Shown piece by piece: positions 26,201-39,900 of a DNA stretch of 64,000 nt. Under the pieces are notes generated by a model, which saw only the letters and a program-made list of their open reading frames with translations, was not told the DNA's origin and did no database searches. Position 1 is the stretch's first letter. Every line of letters starts with the position of its first letter. The stretch is from Sphyrna mokarran (taxonomy: Eukaryota), in the NCBI GenBank assembly GCA_024679065.1, contig JAGIQG010000043.1, forward strand, positions 1,860,001 through 1,924,000, written 5' to 3'. The position numbers and the translations under genes are program-made.

Positions 26201-29200
26201 GGACCATTCTAAAATCCGATTGCATCAGGGAAGAAGCTGTCATGTCCCGTGCAGAATGTCCAGGATGCGTTGGGTCCTTAGTAATGCTGGCTCCTTTCCT
26301 TAGGCAGCGGGAAGTGTGGACAGAGCCAATGGATGGGAGGCTGGTTTGCATGACGGACTGAGCGACGTTCACGACTCATGATAATTTCTTGCGGTCTTGG
26401 AGCAGGACACATAACAAGCTGTGATACATAGAAAATTGATGCTTTCCATGGATCTTCCATTTTCCATGGAACTTTGATGAGTTCCACAGTGGACATAACG
26501 AATTTCCATTGCCTCTTGAACTGTATTTTGCACTTTTGGTGATGTCCATTTTGAAATGATGCGATGTGCTTCCAGATATTTTATCAATAAAGTATATTTT
26601 TGTAACACACGAAAATAAGGGAACAGCCTCCATGTTGATGAGGCCCAAGGCACCCAATATGATTGACAGCGTCATCTATTCCATGGCGGTTCTGACTCTG
26701 TTTTCTTTGAAGTGCGGAGATCTCTTTCTTGACACTGCATTCCTGTTTAGAAACGGTTCCTGCCAAGATCATCCCACCTCAGTCCATCAGATTATCAGGG
26801 AGCTATTCCAGAATCTGAATCAGCATCATCCCTGCAGTTTATTTCTCTGTCAAAAGGTACATTGACTCCCACTGCCATTCGTGGCAAAGAACAGAAAATG
26901 AGAATTATTTGAAGTAATTGAACATGTCAGAACGCCCCGAAAGAGGATGCATCCGCTCCATCTCCATTTTATCCATACTTTCATCATGTTATACCCCTGA
27001 ATTTGATTTCCCCTCATTCTTCTCAGTTCTGGAGAGTATATGCCTAAACGTTTCAATCTCTCTTTATCCCTTCATCACTGGAATAAGCCTAGTGAATCCC
27101 CTCTGAACTGCGTCCAATATCACTACAACAATCTTCAAATAAAGGAAAGGAAACTGGTCACAATACTCCAGGTGCGGCCTCAACAATGCCTTGTCTAGTT
27201 ACATCAATACTTCCTTACCATTCTATTCTATTCATTTAGCTGCAGACTGATTTCTATGTCGTTTTTCATGACAGCACTGATCTCTTTAACCAAATGTTGT
27301 GACTGCCTCCTGAAAGAACGGCTGGTTGAGATTCTGGAAATCAATGCCTGAAGGAAGAGTACCTTACAACGTTTAAGATGTATTTAGATGCCCACTTGCG
27401 ATGCACAAGGTATATAAGAAAACGGGCCAAGTTCTGCAAAAGTTAATAGGATAGTTAGGTGGTTTGTCTCTGTCTGACACAGACACGATGGACTGAAGGG
27501 CATTTCCTGTGCAATTTACCTTTATGACTCCATTTGAATGTATTCTTTAAGATGGATGCCTGCTGAGAAATATATGCCTCCATCCCACACCCCTTAAATC
27601 CCAAATGAAACGAATGCCCTATTCTCCGAGTCATATCCTGGGTGTAAAATTCCTCCTTCTCTTCGTGAATATCTCAGTATTATCCTCCAATGACTGCGTC
27701 CTCAGGCTGTAGTCTGCGGATTGACTGTTAAAGAGCTCACATGGAACAGAACTGCACAGTACAGGCCCTTCGGCCCTCAGTGTTGTGCCGAGCCATGCCG
27801 AATCCCAAGATCAAGCTGTCCCCGCCATGTGCCTATCCAATAACGGCTTGAAAGTATCCGACTCCACTATCACAGCAGGCAGTCTATTCCACATCCCAAC
27901 CACTCTCTTAGTAAAGAACCTATCCCGAACATCCTTCCTGTTCTCCCACTATGAATTTTATAGTTATGCCCCTAGTAACAGCTACATCACCAGAGGAAAT
28001 AGTCTCTGCACTTCCACTCAATCCCCTTCATCATTTTATAAACCTCTATTAAGTCGCCTCTCATCCTCCTCCGCTCCAAAGAGGAAAAAGCCCAGCTCTT
28101 TCAACCCTTCCTCAAAAGACCTCACAATGGAGACTGCTATACAAAACAAGTGAGTGAGAATTAGAAACTCAATCATCAATAGACATCTGCTCACCTTATA
28201 GTCATCATGAAACAGCCAATTGGATTATTTTAACTCAAACACTAATTCATTATTAACATTTTTTTCCTGCTTTCACAAAAGGGATGGTTGGCATGGGCGT
28301 CTTGTGCTATTTTATCTTGCAAGGGAATGCGACCTCCACTGGCAAGGTGAATGCGTATCGTCTGCCCTAATTGCTTCCCGAGATGGTTGTGATTTCCTTC
28401 TTGAGCCGCTGATTTCCCTGTGGTGTATGTATAGGGAGGTATACAAAATTGTCTCCCAGCGACAGTGAAGGGAGAGTGATCTATTTCCAAATAAGAATGG
28501 TGTGAGACTTGGAGGGAAATCTCCAAGTGCTGGTGTTCCCTCGCGCCTGCTATCCTTGTCCTCCTTGTTAATCGAAGGACAAGTGTAACAGACGGATGAA
28601 AATTGTTTTCAATGCGGAAAATTGCTGCAGTGCATCTTGGCCATGGTGCTCACGGCTGTCATTTTGCATTGGTGGAAGAGGGAGTGGATGTTTATTGTGT
28701 GTGTAGCAATCAGGTCGGGCTGCTTTACCACCTGACCAATCCTTCACATTGCCCGTGTCTTTTTGCCTGCTGGAACGGAATGTCTCAGGAGTGAAGGAGT
28801 TTTGAATGGATCATAGTTCATCGATATTTAGCCTGTAGGTGACAATTAGAAGTGGGAACAATCTTCGATTGATCTGGACTCAGGCGTTAAAAGTACAGAG
28901 AGAGGGATGGTTGCTTTTCATGCCGGATTATGATTCAATAGCCCAGAATGGAATCCTGCCAAGATCAGTTCCATTAAGTTGGACAGGTATTGGAGAAGGG
29001 CGGTATTGTCAACCCAGCTGCTGGCTACATGTGGAGAACGATGTGGACGGAGAGATTATCGCAGTCACTAAGAAATGATACGTGTTGCTTTGAAATGGAT
29101 CCTGGCCTGTGAAGGCAGCTGATTGGAGAAAGGCAGAAATGGAATTGTGGTGAAGTTGAGCGTGGAAACAAAATCTTATAGCATATTGGAGGGCGTCGGA

Positions 29201-29334
29201 AAGGAAAGGGATGTTGGTGATGGGATGTTAAATTAGAAGGACAAAGCTTTTAAGGGTCTAATTCTGGATTGAGGTGAGAACAGCGTATTTGTAATGAGGG
29301 ACAATTACCAAGGGAGCGATCTGTTTCCAATATA

Positions 29335-29625
29335 GGCTCTGTAAGAAATCCCAGATCACCTGGTTGAAGCCAAACAAGTTTATTTGGTAGCACAAGCCAC
29401 GAGCTTTCGGAGCGCTGCTCCTTCATCAGGTAAACGGGAGTTTTGATCACAAACATGACATATAAAGATACAAATTCCATTTCCAAAATAATGGTTGGAA
29501 CGCGAGTCTTTACAGGTAATCAAGTCTTAAAGGTACAGAGAATGTGAGTGGCGAGAGGGTTAGGCACAGGTTAAACAGATACGTATTGTCTCCAGCAGGA
29601 CAGTTAGTGAGATTTTTGAAGTCTG
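29335..29625 (-). mobile_element. Penelope-like element terminal fragment containing a minimal hammerhead motif
   Basis: Minus strand reads tacCTGATGAaggagcagcgctccGAAAgctcgtggcttgtg followed by AATAAA; a more decayed copy lies at ~55640-55842 (+). Confidence 0.65.
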
Positions 29626-29975
29626 GTGGTAAATGCGGGGTAACTTTTAACATTTAAGAGAAACTTGGACGGGTTCATGGTGTGGACGTATATGGTTCAA
29701 GTGCAGGTCAGTGAAACTAGGCAAAAAATGGTTCGGCACAGACAAGAAGGGCCAAAAGGCCTGTTTCTGAGCTGTAAATTTTCTATGCTTTATATGCTTT
29801 CTAAGCCCAGACAAGTTGTGGGAATTATAAATGATGCAGGCTCAATTTTGTATGAAACTGTCTTCCCACTAACAGATCCGCTGGAGCAACACTTGTTGCT
29901 GTGTCCCTTGTTCACCCGCAATCAAGCATAAAACGTGCCATCCGGTTTCCTCAGTATGCCACCAGTTGCTTTGTC

Positions 29976-30966
29976 AAAGAACAAAGAACAAAACAGCCCA
30001 ACGAGCCGCGCCGCCACCCCGATGTTCCCATCTCTTCCCGCGATCCCTGTCCATGTTTATAGATCAGTGGATTTAAAAACCAAATTTGAGACAATTTAGG
30101 GAGAATTTATTTTGCCAATTAGCCTGAGAGCACATCTTTGGGATGGGGAGGAAACCAGAGCACCCGGAGAAAACCCACGCAAACACGGGGAGAATGCGCA
30201 AACTCCCACAGACACAGGGCCAAATCCATGTACCTGCACAGCACAGCGATAATCACTGAGCTGTCGTGTTGCCCATCAGAAGGTCCAGGTCAAGCGTACA
30301 TGAACAACGTGAAACAGTAGGATACTCTCGAAAAAGATCCAAGAGCAGTCCTCTCACGACCCATTGCGTGTACGCCCCTCGTTAGACAACAAGGTGGACC
30401 AAAGCACCTGTAGAATAAAAACAAATAGATCAATATCATCATCTATTTACTCACTTCCCAGGGACTCCCAAGGCTCATGATCCCTATTTTAAATCAGTTT
30501 TCTGTACCCCTCCATTCCTACTCTGTTCATGTGCCCATCTAAGTATTTCTTAAATAACTCCAGACTACCTGCCTCCACCACTTTACTTGGCAGCGCCTTC
30601 CATGCCCCTACCACCCTCTTTGTGAATAAACTCCCTCGAGTATCCATATTATATCTTACCCTCCTCACTCTAAGATCGTGACCCCTCGTGCTATTTGAGT
30701 CCATCCCAGGAAAAAGCTTAACCCTGTTTACTCTATCAATCCCCTTCAAAATCTTGTACACCTCTATCAGATCTCCTCTAAGTCCACGTCTTTCTAAGAA
30801 AACAGTCCCAATTTGCCTAATCTCTCCTCATAACTCAGACCTTCCTAGGCAGCATCCTGGTAAACCTCCTCTGCACTCTCTCCAGAGTCTCCACGTCCTT
30901 CCGGTAGTAAGGCGACCAGAACTGGACGCAGTTTTCCAAATAAGGTCTAACCAACATTTTATACAA
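29976..30966 (-). mobile_element. 5'-truncated CR1 LINE, same subfamily as 455-2532
   Basis: ORF 30489-30761 ends MEGYRKLI like ORF 1782-1997; same 3' UTR. Confidence 0.92.
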
Positions 30967-31160
30967 TCATTGAAGTCTTGAACCATACGTTGCACCAGCC
31001 TTTGTGCGAAAAGTGATCATGAGCTGCTAAAATATTTTCGTAATCTTTGGAGAGCATGCATTGCTAGGAATCATTGCTAGCCGTTTGTGGGAACCACCAT
31101 CCTAGTATTCCATATACACTGGCACCTTGACATTACATCTAGATCACTGCCTGGGAAATA

Positions 31161-32495
31161 GTGTAGTCCTCTCGGGGCATCTGCAACCCTTTGGACAGGA
31201 GTGTATCATGATTAAACCCAAGGAGCTCATAAATGTCCACAGGTACTCATGGCCCTTCCAGAGTACTCGCAGATGTGAAGGAAAGCTAAGGGAAGGCGTA
31301 TTTGATTTTCTTGCTACCGACCACCAATTGTGATAACAACATCAGGAAGATATACCGGACGTATAACTTCAAACCAGCATGTCATTTCAAATAATCTCAG
31401 GGGGACCCTTATTTCGTTGCGTTAATTTGGAGGCCGTGCTGGGGGCGGAAAAATAATCGCACGCCCGAGGAGTGACCCCGTCCTCAGCACGAAGTAAGCT
31501 TCGTTAATGGTGTACGTTTTCATTTCTTCAGAGGGTGGTTTTTCAGATCCGCCGTGCAGGATCACTGACTAATTTTAGATAAGATAGAATCATTAGAGGC
31601 ATCAATTTGTACTCGTACCACTGGAAAGCTCCCCAAACTATTTAGAGTCCTCATTGTCCCCTTCCAATGCTGGTAAGCGAGCCAGGCTTGTGGCAACCAG
31701 AGATGTTACAATGGCGGTGCAGGCTTGTTGGGTGTTTCCCGTGCGGTATTCTTCTTTGTTCTTTGCAACACCTATTAGGCCTCTACAAGCGGATAACGTA
31801 ATTCCACACTCCTTCTCCACCGACCACCAGTCTCACCTCCCTTTCTCCCCAGAGTCTCTGTCCTGATATAGCTCTACTTTATTGTCAGCCTACAAATATC
31901 ATCAGGAACAGTGACGTGGAATCCAGATAGTTAATGCTGACGCATTGTAACATCTCTGGTTGCCACAAGCCTGGCTCACTTACCAGCATTGGAAGGGGAC
32001 AATGAGGACTCTAAATAGTTTGGGGAGCTTTCCAGTGGTACGAGTACAAATTGACGCCTCTAATGATTCTATCTTATCTAAAATTAGTCAGTGATCCTGC
32101 ACGGCGGATCTGAAAAACCACCCTCTGAAGAAATGAAAACGTACACCATTAACGAAGCTTACTTCGTGCTGAGGACGGGGTCACTCCTCGGGCGTGCGAT
32201 TATTTTTCCGCCCCCAGCACGGCCTCCAAATTAACGCAACGAAATAAGGGTCCCCCTGAGATTATTTGAAATGACATGCTGGTTTGAAGTTATACGTCCG
32301 GTATATCTTCCTGATGTTGTTATCACAATTGGTGGTCGGTAGCAAGAAAATCAAATACGCCTTCCCTTAGCTTTCCTTCACATCTGCGAGTACTCTGGAA
32401 GGGCCATGAGTACCTGTGGACATTTATGAGCTCCTTGGGTTTAATCATGATACACTCCTGTCCAAAGGGTTGCAGATGCCCCGAGAGGACTACAC
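31161..32495. repeat. Near-perfect inverted repeat: 553-bp arms (31161-31713, 31943-32495) with a 229-bp spacer
   Basis: The arms are reverse complements, with only two mismatches noticed by eye, both at CpG sites. Confidence 0.95.
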
Positions 32496-33009
32496 AACTT
32501 TAACGTTGTGAGTGCCTTCGTCTACCTAAACCTATGTCTACGCCTACTGGAGAAGATTGAGGGAAGACTAATTTAGGGACAATTTGATAACACCAATAGT
32601 GTTTATGTTTGGTAGCTAATTAAATAAATCATCTGAAACTTTTGATTGAAGCTCAGGACACCAAATTCAGCCCCAGCTCTGACAAATGGTTACCCAGAAC
32701 CGTCAGCTCAGAAACGTTATTCGTATTCTCCCTCCACTGATGCTGTCAGACCTGCTGAGATGTTCCAGAATTTCCTGCTTCTATTTCAGATTACAGCACT
32801 AAATTGCTTTCAGCCAATTTATTAGAACCGGCTTCACAATTCTCCTCGAGCCCCCGGAATCTGTAGTGTTGGTTTATTTTCCCAACACCTTTTGAAAATT
32901 CATTCTGTTGGCTATTTATAGCTGAAATCACAACCGCAGCCATTTGCCCAACTGTAGAATTACTAATTTGCTCAGTCTGCTCAGATGCAGACGTGGGGAG
33001 TCATGGTCA

Positions 33010-34110
33010 CAAAGCCCTATCATTGCAGATGTCACCATTGCAGATGTGAGATCAGCCTTCTCGAAGGTGAATCTACTGAAAGAGATGGACCAGGACGGGG
33101 TACCAGGATAAGCACTTAGGTCCTATGCCGGTCAGTGGCGGGAACATTCGCAGACACCTTGAGTCTCCCTTTCCAACAGCCTGAGATCCCTATCTGTTTC
33201 AAGAAGACAATCACCAACCCACCACCAAAGCGTGCCTTAATAGCTATCGTCAGGTGGCTCTGACATCCATCACTATGAAGATCTTTGAAAGGCTAGTCAT
33301 GACATAATCAATTCCAGCTTCCTAGTCTGCCTGGATCCACGACCGTTTGCCTACAGTCGCAAGAGATCACAGAAGCCTGGCCCTGTACTCAACTCTGGAA
33401 CACCGAGGCAACAAAGGCACAGATAGCAGACTCCTTTTCATTGACTACCGCTCAGCCTCAACAGCATTATTCCTACCGAGCGCATCTCCAAGCTCAATGG
33501 CCTGGGCCACGGTCTCTCCCTCTGCGACTGGATCCTAAACTTCCTAACCCATAGAGCACAGTCAGTAAGAATAGGCAAAAACACTTGCTCTTATGTTGCT
33601 CAGCACCAGTGCGCCCCGAGACTGTGTTCTCAGCCCCCTACTATACTCCTTATGCATCTATGACTATGAGGCCCACTCCAACTCCATTTTCAAGTTTATT
33701 GATGACATTACGGTCATGAGTCATATCTCAAACAATGATGAGACTGAATACAGGAATGAGATAGAGAATCTCGTGGACTGATGCGGCAATAATTATCTCT
33801 CCCTCACGGTCAACAAAACGAAGAAGATTGTCATTGACTTCAGGAAGTGTAGCAGAGAACATGCCCCAGTCTATATCAGTGGGGACGAATTTAAACGAGT
33901 CAAGACCATTCCTGACATAGCTTTTCTGCTACCATCAGACTTTGAATGGACCAACCTTGCATTCAGTTGATCTTTCTCAACACCCCAGCTCTGACTGTAT
34001 CACTGCAATCTCGCCCTCTCCTTTCTTTCTCTAGTGCTTTGCCTGTGGAGCGCATTTGAAACAATAACTTTCACTGTATACTCATACATGCGACAATAAT
34101 AAATCCAATC
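33010..34110 (+). mobile_element. Degenerate Rex1/Babar-type LINE RT fragment with 3' tail
   Basis: LFIDY, APRDCVLSPLLYSL..D..NSIFKFIDD..DETEYRNEI motifs in ORFs 33347-33538 and 33593-33781; tail ending aataataaatccaatc. Confidence 0.8.
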
Positions 34111-34139
34111 AACACGTAGACCCGCACATAGCCAGAATC

Positions 34140-35748
34140 GCTCTGCCTCTCTCACGCATACACAGGCGCACACACAGCCAAAATCTCTGTGCCTTCCTCG
34201 CATGCACACGCAAAGACGCACACACAAGCAGAACTTCTCTCGCCACTGGCACAGCCTGGACTTTTCTCCGTCTCTCCATCACACACATATACGTGCAAAC
34301 ACAAAGCACACACATCTTTACCAATCTGTTGGATAATATCAGAATGACACAACCAAGCATACGCGCGCGCATACACACACATAAACACACCCACACACTC
34401 ATACACACACACACATACACAAACGCACACAAACGCATACAAACAGTCACATAGACATGATTTTTGTCGTTCTCGCCCTCTCCCTAGCACACAAACATAC
34501 TTTTATCAATCTACCCTTTGCTTAATATTGTCAGAATCACACACCCTCGCAGACAAACAAACAGCCACAATTTATCTGTCTGTCTGTCTGTCTCTCTCTC
34601 ACACAGACACATGTACACACAAAGAAATACACATGCCTTTACCAATCTACCCTCTGCTGGATAATGTCTGAATAACACGCGCACCCCTCACCCCCACACA
34701 CATAGAACCACACACACACACACACACGCACACAAAACATACACACACACACACACACACACAAAACATGTACTAATCCACCCTTTCTTGATAATGTCAG
34801 AATTATGTAACCACGCAGACACACAGATAGCCAGAATTCCACTCAATCTCTCTCTCTCTTTCTCTTTCCCTCTCGCACACACAAGGACACACACCTTAAC
34901 CAATCTACCCTCTGCTGGGTAACGTCATAATCACACACACACACACAGACACAAACACATACACACACACACACACCTTTAACATTCTTCCCATTACTGG
35001 ATGATGTCAGAAACATTTGCAGGTCCAGAATCTCTGCTGGGGACTGTCAGAATTTCATTGGACGCGATATTACCGGAAACAACTTTGCTTAAGGTTATTT
35101 CGTTGTGTGTTGAGCGTATCACACATCACAGTAAAAATAAGATTTCAGTCACCGCCAGCAGTGGTTCCATTCTTACAGGATCCATTTGTCATTCGCCTCC
35201 CTCTGATTAGCAGCTTTTGCAATACAGCAACACCCACCGCTAAGTAAAGAGTCCGGTGATGCAACCCCGTCCTAGACCTGTAAAACATTTCATATTAGGG
35301 AAATATATAGATATGGAAATTAGATTCGTATCAGTTTATTCATTCTGTATCAAACACGAATCTGCTTCCACTGGAGATGAGTATTATCAAGAAAATAATT
35401 AAAATTGTATTAAATAAGATTAGCTTCCAAATCAAAATATCCAGTCAGAAAACGGGACTATTTGGCTGTTAGGCAGGACCAATCAATCCAAGTAGACAGT
35501 TCTTCTGTAAATCTGTCACTCTCTGCCGTCTCTTCCTTCAAAGAAATGAAAACTAGTTTTCTGGCTCCCCTAGTGGTGAGCAAATAATTTGTTCTGTATC
35601 GGATATTACTAAAAGAAAAATTCTTGCGGGTTAGAAGGGTCAAGCTCACTTCTTGTTGTTTTGAATAACAGCATCTCCTCATGACGCAGACAACCACACA
35701 CATACAAATTCATACACTTACACATGCATTCTCTCAGTGACATACACA

Positions 35749-35792
<44 letters not shown>

Positions 35793-36250
35793 CATACTGA
35801 CAAGAAAATATAAGATTAGCGAGGCGTCAGTGTCGGCACACGCTTGGTGGGCCGAAGGGCTTGTTTCTGTACTGTATTATTTTTTTTTCTTTGTCACACT
35901 CATGCACACAAATACACTGATACACACATGTTCACACACACACATAAATATACACTCACACACTGTTAAACATACAGACGCACAGTCATACACACTCATG
36001 CACACAAACACACTCACAAACACGCCACATTCTGACGCACACACAAACACTCATACATTTACACACACTCATGCACACACTTACAGACACTCAGACAAAA
36101 ACAGACATACACTTGCGCATATACACCCAGACAAATTCATTCACTTACACGCACTCACACTTACATATAAAGCTGATTCAATGGCACACACACTTACTGA
36201 CACTTTCTCACACATAAACACACTCTCTCATATACTGGCACACACACGAA
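34140..36250. repeat. CA-rich low-complexity region, including a compound minisatellite at ~34318-35010
   Basis: (CA)n tracts interleaved with recurring ttaccaatctaccctctgctggataatgtcagaat units. Confidence 0.8.
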
Positions 36251-36917
36251 TACTTAATATCTGCCAAATGTCACGTGGAATCCCTCAGTTTATTAATTGA
36301 GGTATTTAGTCTTAAACCATTCACGTTTGAGTAAGCAGATATGAAACATTTCTTGCATGTATTTCCCCCATTCCCTTCAGCTCCAAACACCAATCTTCGG
36401 GAATGGTATTAGCGTTTTCGGAAAATTCCCGAGCATGTTAGAGGAGAGTAATGCCAGTCAAAGTAGAGTGTTTGGGGAAATCAATATTGAATTGACATTG
36501 TTCTCCTGAGAACAGAGAAACTTGGGTGAAGATATGGAAGAGATCTGAAACACCATGGAAGCGGCGTCTGAGGGAGGGAATCTTTAATCGTAAAATACCC
36601 AGCATAAGAATAACGAGCAGGTAATACTTTAATATAAGTTTTAAGGATGAAATGGGCATTTAAATAATGCAGTAATGATAGTTTCAAAATGAGTGGCTAA
36701 TAAGCCTGCTAGTATTAAATTGTATAACTCAAGGATTGATTGTGTCAGTAAGTTAGCTAAAACAAATTTAACCAGAATGATAGGCAGTGGGATAGCTTGA
36801 TCTTGATTTTGGACACCACTCGACACAACATCGAAGGGCCGAAGGGCCTGTACTATGCTGTACTGTTCTATGGTCTACGTAACTTAAACTTGGAATGATT
36901 ATGAAAGCGGGCAATGA

Positions 36918-39900
36918 ACAAAGAACAAAGAAGAACAAAGAACAAAACAGTATGAGAAACAGGGCCTTCGGCCCAATGAGCCCACGCCACCACCCCGATG
37001 TTCCCACCTCTACCCGCGATCCCTGTCCATATGTATAGATCTATGCATTAAGAACCAAATTTTGAGACAATTTAGGAAGAATTTGTTTTGCCAATTAGCC
37101 TAAGAGCACATCTTTGGGATGTGGGAGTAAACCGGAGCCGCCGGAGAAAATCCACGCAAGCACGGGGAGAATGCGCAAACTCCCACAGACACAGGCCCAA
37201 ATCCATGTATCTGCACAGCAGAGCAATAATCACTGAGCTATCGTGTTGCCAATCAGATGGTCCAGGTCGAGCATACACCAACAACGTGAAGCACTAGGAT
37301 ACTCTCAAAAAAGATCTAAGTGCAGTCCTCTCACGACCCATCGCGTGTTATGCCCCTCGTTAGACAACAAGGTGGACCAAACACCTGTAGGGTAAAAACA
37401 AGTACATCAATATCGTCATCTATTTGCACACTTCCCAGGGACTCCCAAGGCTCATGATCCCTATTTTAAATCAGTTTTCTACACCCCTCCATTCCCATTC
37501 TGTTCATGTGCCCATCTAAGTATTTCTTAAATAACTCCAGAGTACCTGCCTCCACCACTTTACTTGGAAGCGCATTCCATACCCCCACCACCCTCTGTGT
37601 GAAAAAACTCCCTCTAGCATCCAAATTATACCTTACCCCCCTCACCCTAAGCCCGTAACCCCTCGTGCTATTTGAGTCCATCCTAGGAAAAAGCTTAACC
37701 CTGTTTACTCTTTCAATCCCCTTCAAAATCTTGTACACCTCTATCAGATCTCCTCTAAGTCCATGTCTTTCTAAGGAAAACAGTCCCAATTTGCCTAATC
37801 TCTCCTCGTAACTCAGAACTTCCATTCTAGGCAGCATCCTGGTAAACCTCCTCTGCACTCTCGCCAGAGTCTCCACGTCCTTCGGTAGTAAGGCGACCAG
37901 AACTGGATGCAGTATTCCAAATAGGTAGAACCAGCGTTTTATACAACTGCAACATTAAAGGCCAGCTCTTGTACTCTATACCCCTTCCTACAAAGACTAA
38001 CATACTATATGCTTTCTTCACAACCTTCTCCACTTGCTCTGCCACCTTCAGAGACTTGTTCACCTGTACCTCCAGGTCCCCCTGCGTTTCTATACTCTTA
38101 ATAGGTCTACCCTTTATCATGTACCTCCCTCCTACATTCTTTCTCCCGAAATGCATCACTTCACATTTGTCAGGATTGAGTTCCATCTGCCATCTGTCCG
38201 CCCAAGCAACCAGCCTATCTATGTCCTGCTGCATCGCCTGATAATGCTCCTCACTATCCGCAAGTCCAGCCATCTTTGTATCGTCTGCAAACTTGCTGAT
38301 CACTCCATTACTCCCTCTTCCAATTCATTTATATATATTACAAGTAGAAGAGGCCCAGTACCGAGCCCTGCAGCACACCACCAGTGACCGACCTCCAGCT
38401 AGAGAAACACCCTTCCACCATTACTCTCTGTCTCCTATTACCAAGCCAGTTACTTATCCATCTAGCTACCTGTCCTTGTATCCCATTTGCCTTGACCTTC
38501 TCGACTAACCTCCCATGAGGGACTTTGTCAAGCGCCTTACTAAAATCCAAATAGACAACATCAACGGCTCGCCCTTCGTCCACTGATTTCGTTACCTCCT
38601 CATAAAATTCTACCAGATTTGTAAGGCACCACCTCCCCTTAACAAATCCATGATGCGTATCCCTAATCAATCGCAACGCTCTAAGTGCCTATACATCATA
38701 TCTCTAAGAATCCCCTCCAACAGCTTCCCTACCACTGACGTCAAACTCACTGGCATATAGTTTCCAGGGTTATCCCTACTACCCTTTTTAAACAACGGTA
38801 CAACATTAGCTATTCTCCACTCCTCTGGGACCTCACTTGTGTCCAAGGAAGAGACAAAGATTTGCGTCAGAGGCCCAGCAATTTCACCTCGCACCTTCCT
38901 AAGCAGTCTGGGATAAATGCCATTAGGCCCAGGAGATTTATCAGTTTTAATGCTACCTAGAAGCTCTAACACTTCCTCCCTCGGTATAGATATTTCCCTC
39001 AACTGGTCCACAGCTCCCTCAGAGACAGGAGCTGTCAACAAGCCCCTCTCCTTCGTGAATACCGACGCAAAGTATTCATTCAGGATCTCCGCCATTCCCT
39101 CGGGCTCGAAGCACAGTTTCCTTCCTCTGTCCCTAAGAGGTCTGAATTTTCCTCTAACCACCCTTTTATTCCTAACTTAGGAATTTTATTCCTAACTTAG
39201 GAATAAAAAGCCTTTGGGTTTTCCTTAATCCTATCCGCCAAAATCATTTCATGCCCCCTTTTAGCCCTTCCAACTCCCTGTTTGAGCTCCCTCCTACTCT
39301 CCCTTTATTCCTTCAATGCTGTCTCGGATCACAGCTGCTTCTACCTATCATATCCTTCTCTTTTCTTTCTAACCAAGTCCTCAATATCCCTAGTAATCCA
39401 CGGCTCTCTAATTCTACCTTTCCCATCTTTCCACTTGGCCGGCACATACTTACCTTGCAACATTTTCAGTATTCCCTTGAAAGAGTCCCACATGCCTAGC
39501 GTGGACTTACCCTCAAACAACCGTTCCCAATCAGGTTCCCTAAGTTCCTGCCTAATCCGACCGTAGTTAGCCTTCCCCCAATTCAGCTACCTGCCCCTAG
39601 GGCAACAAGCATCCTTTTCCTTCTGTATCCTAAAGTAGACAGAATTGTGGTCACTGTTAGCCACATGTTTCCCCACTACAACATCAACCACCTGCCCTGG
39701 CTCATTACTCAGAACTAAATCCAGTATAGCCCCTTCTCTAGTCGCGCTAGCCACATACTGTTCCAACGATCCTTCCAGTACACATTTTACAAATTCCTGC
39801 CCATCAAAACCCCCAGCTCTAGGTACTTTCCAATCCATCCTCGGGAGATTAAAATCTCCCACTATAACAACTCTGTTCTTTCTGCACCTATCCAAAATGT

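Noticed and set aside
31946-32494. Inverted-repeat arm as a solo LTR (begins TGTAACA, ends CTACA)
   Set aside because: No target-site duplication; the split and inverted SINE is explained more simply by template switching.
35737-36300. 187-aa His/Thr-rich ORF
   Set aside because: Translation of (CA)n low-complexity DNA.
36599-36659. Leader-like ORF start MPISSLKLILKYYLLVILML with a phase-1 GT
   Set aside because: Weak donor, and no Ig-domain exon found between it and gene A; the next good acceptor (~35278) hits a stop after 12 codons.
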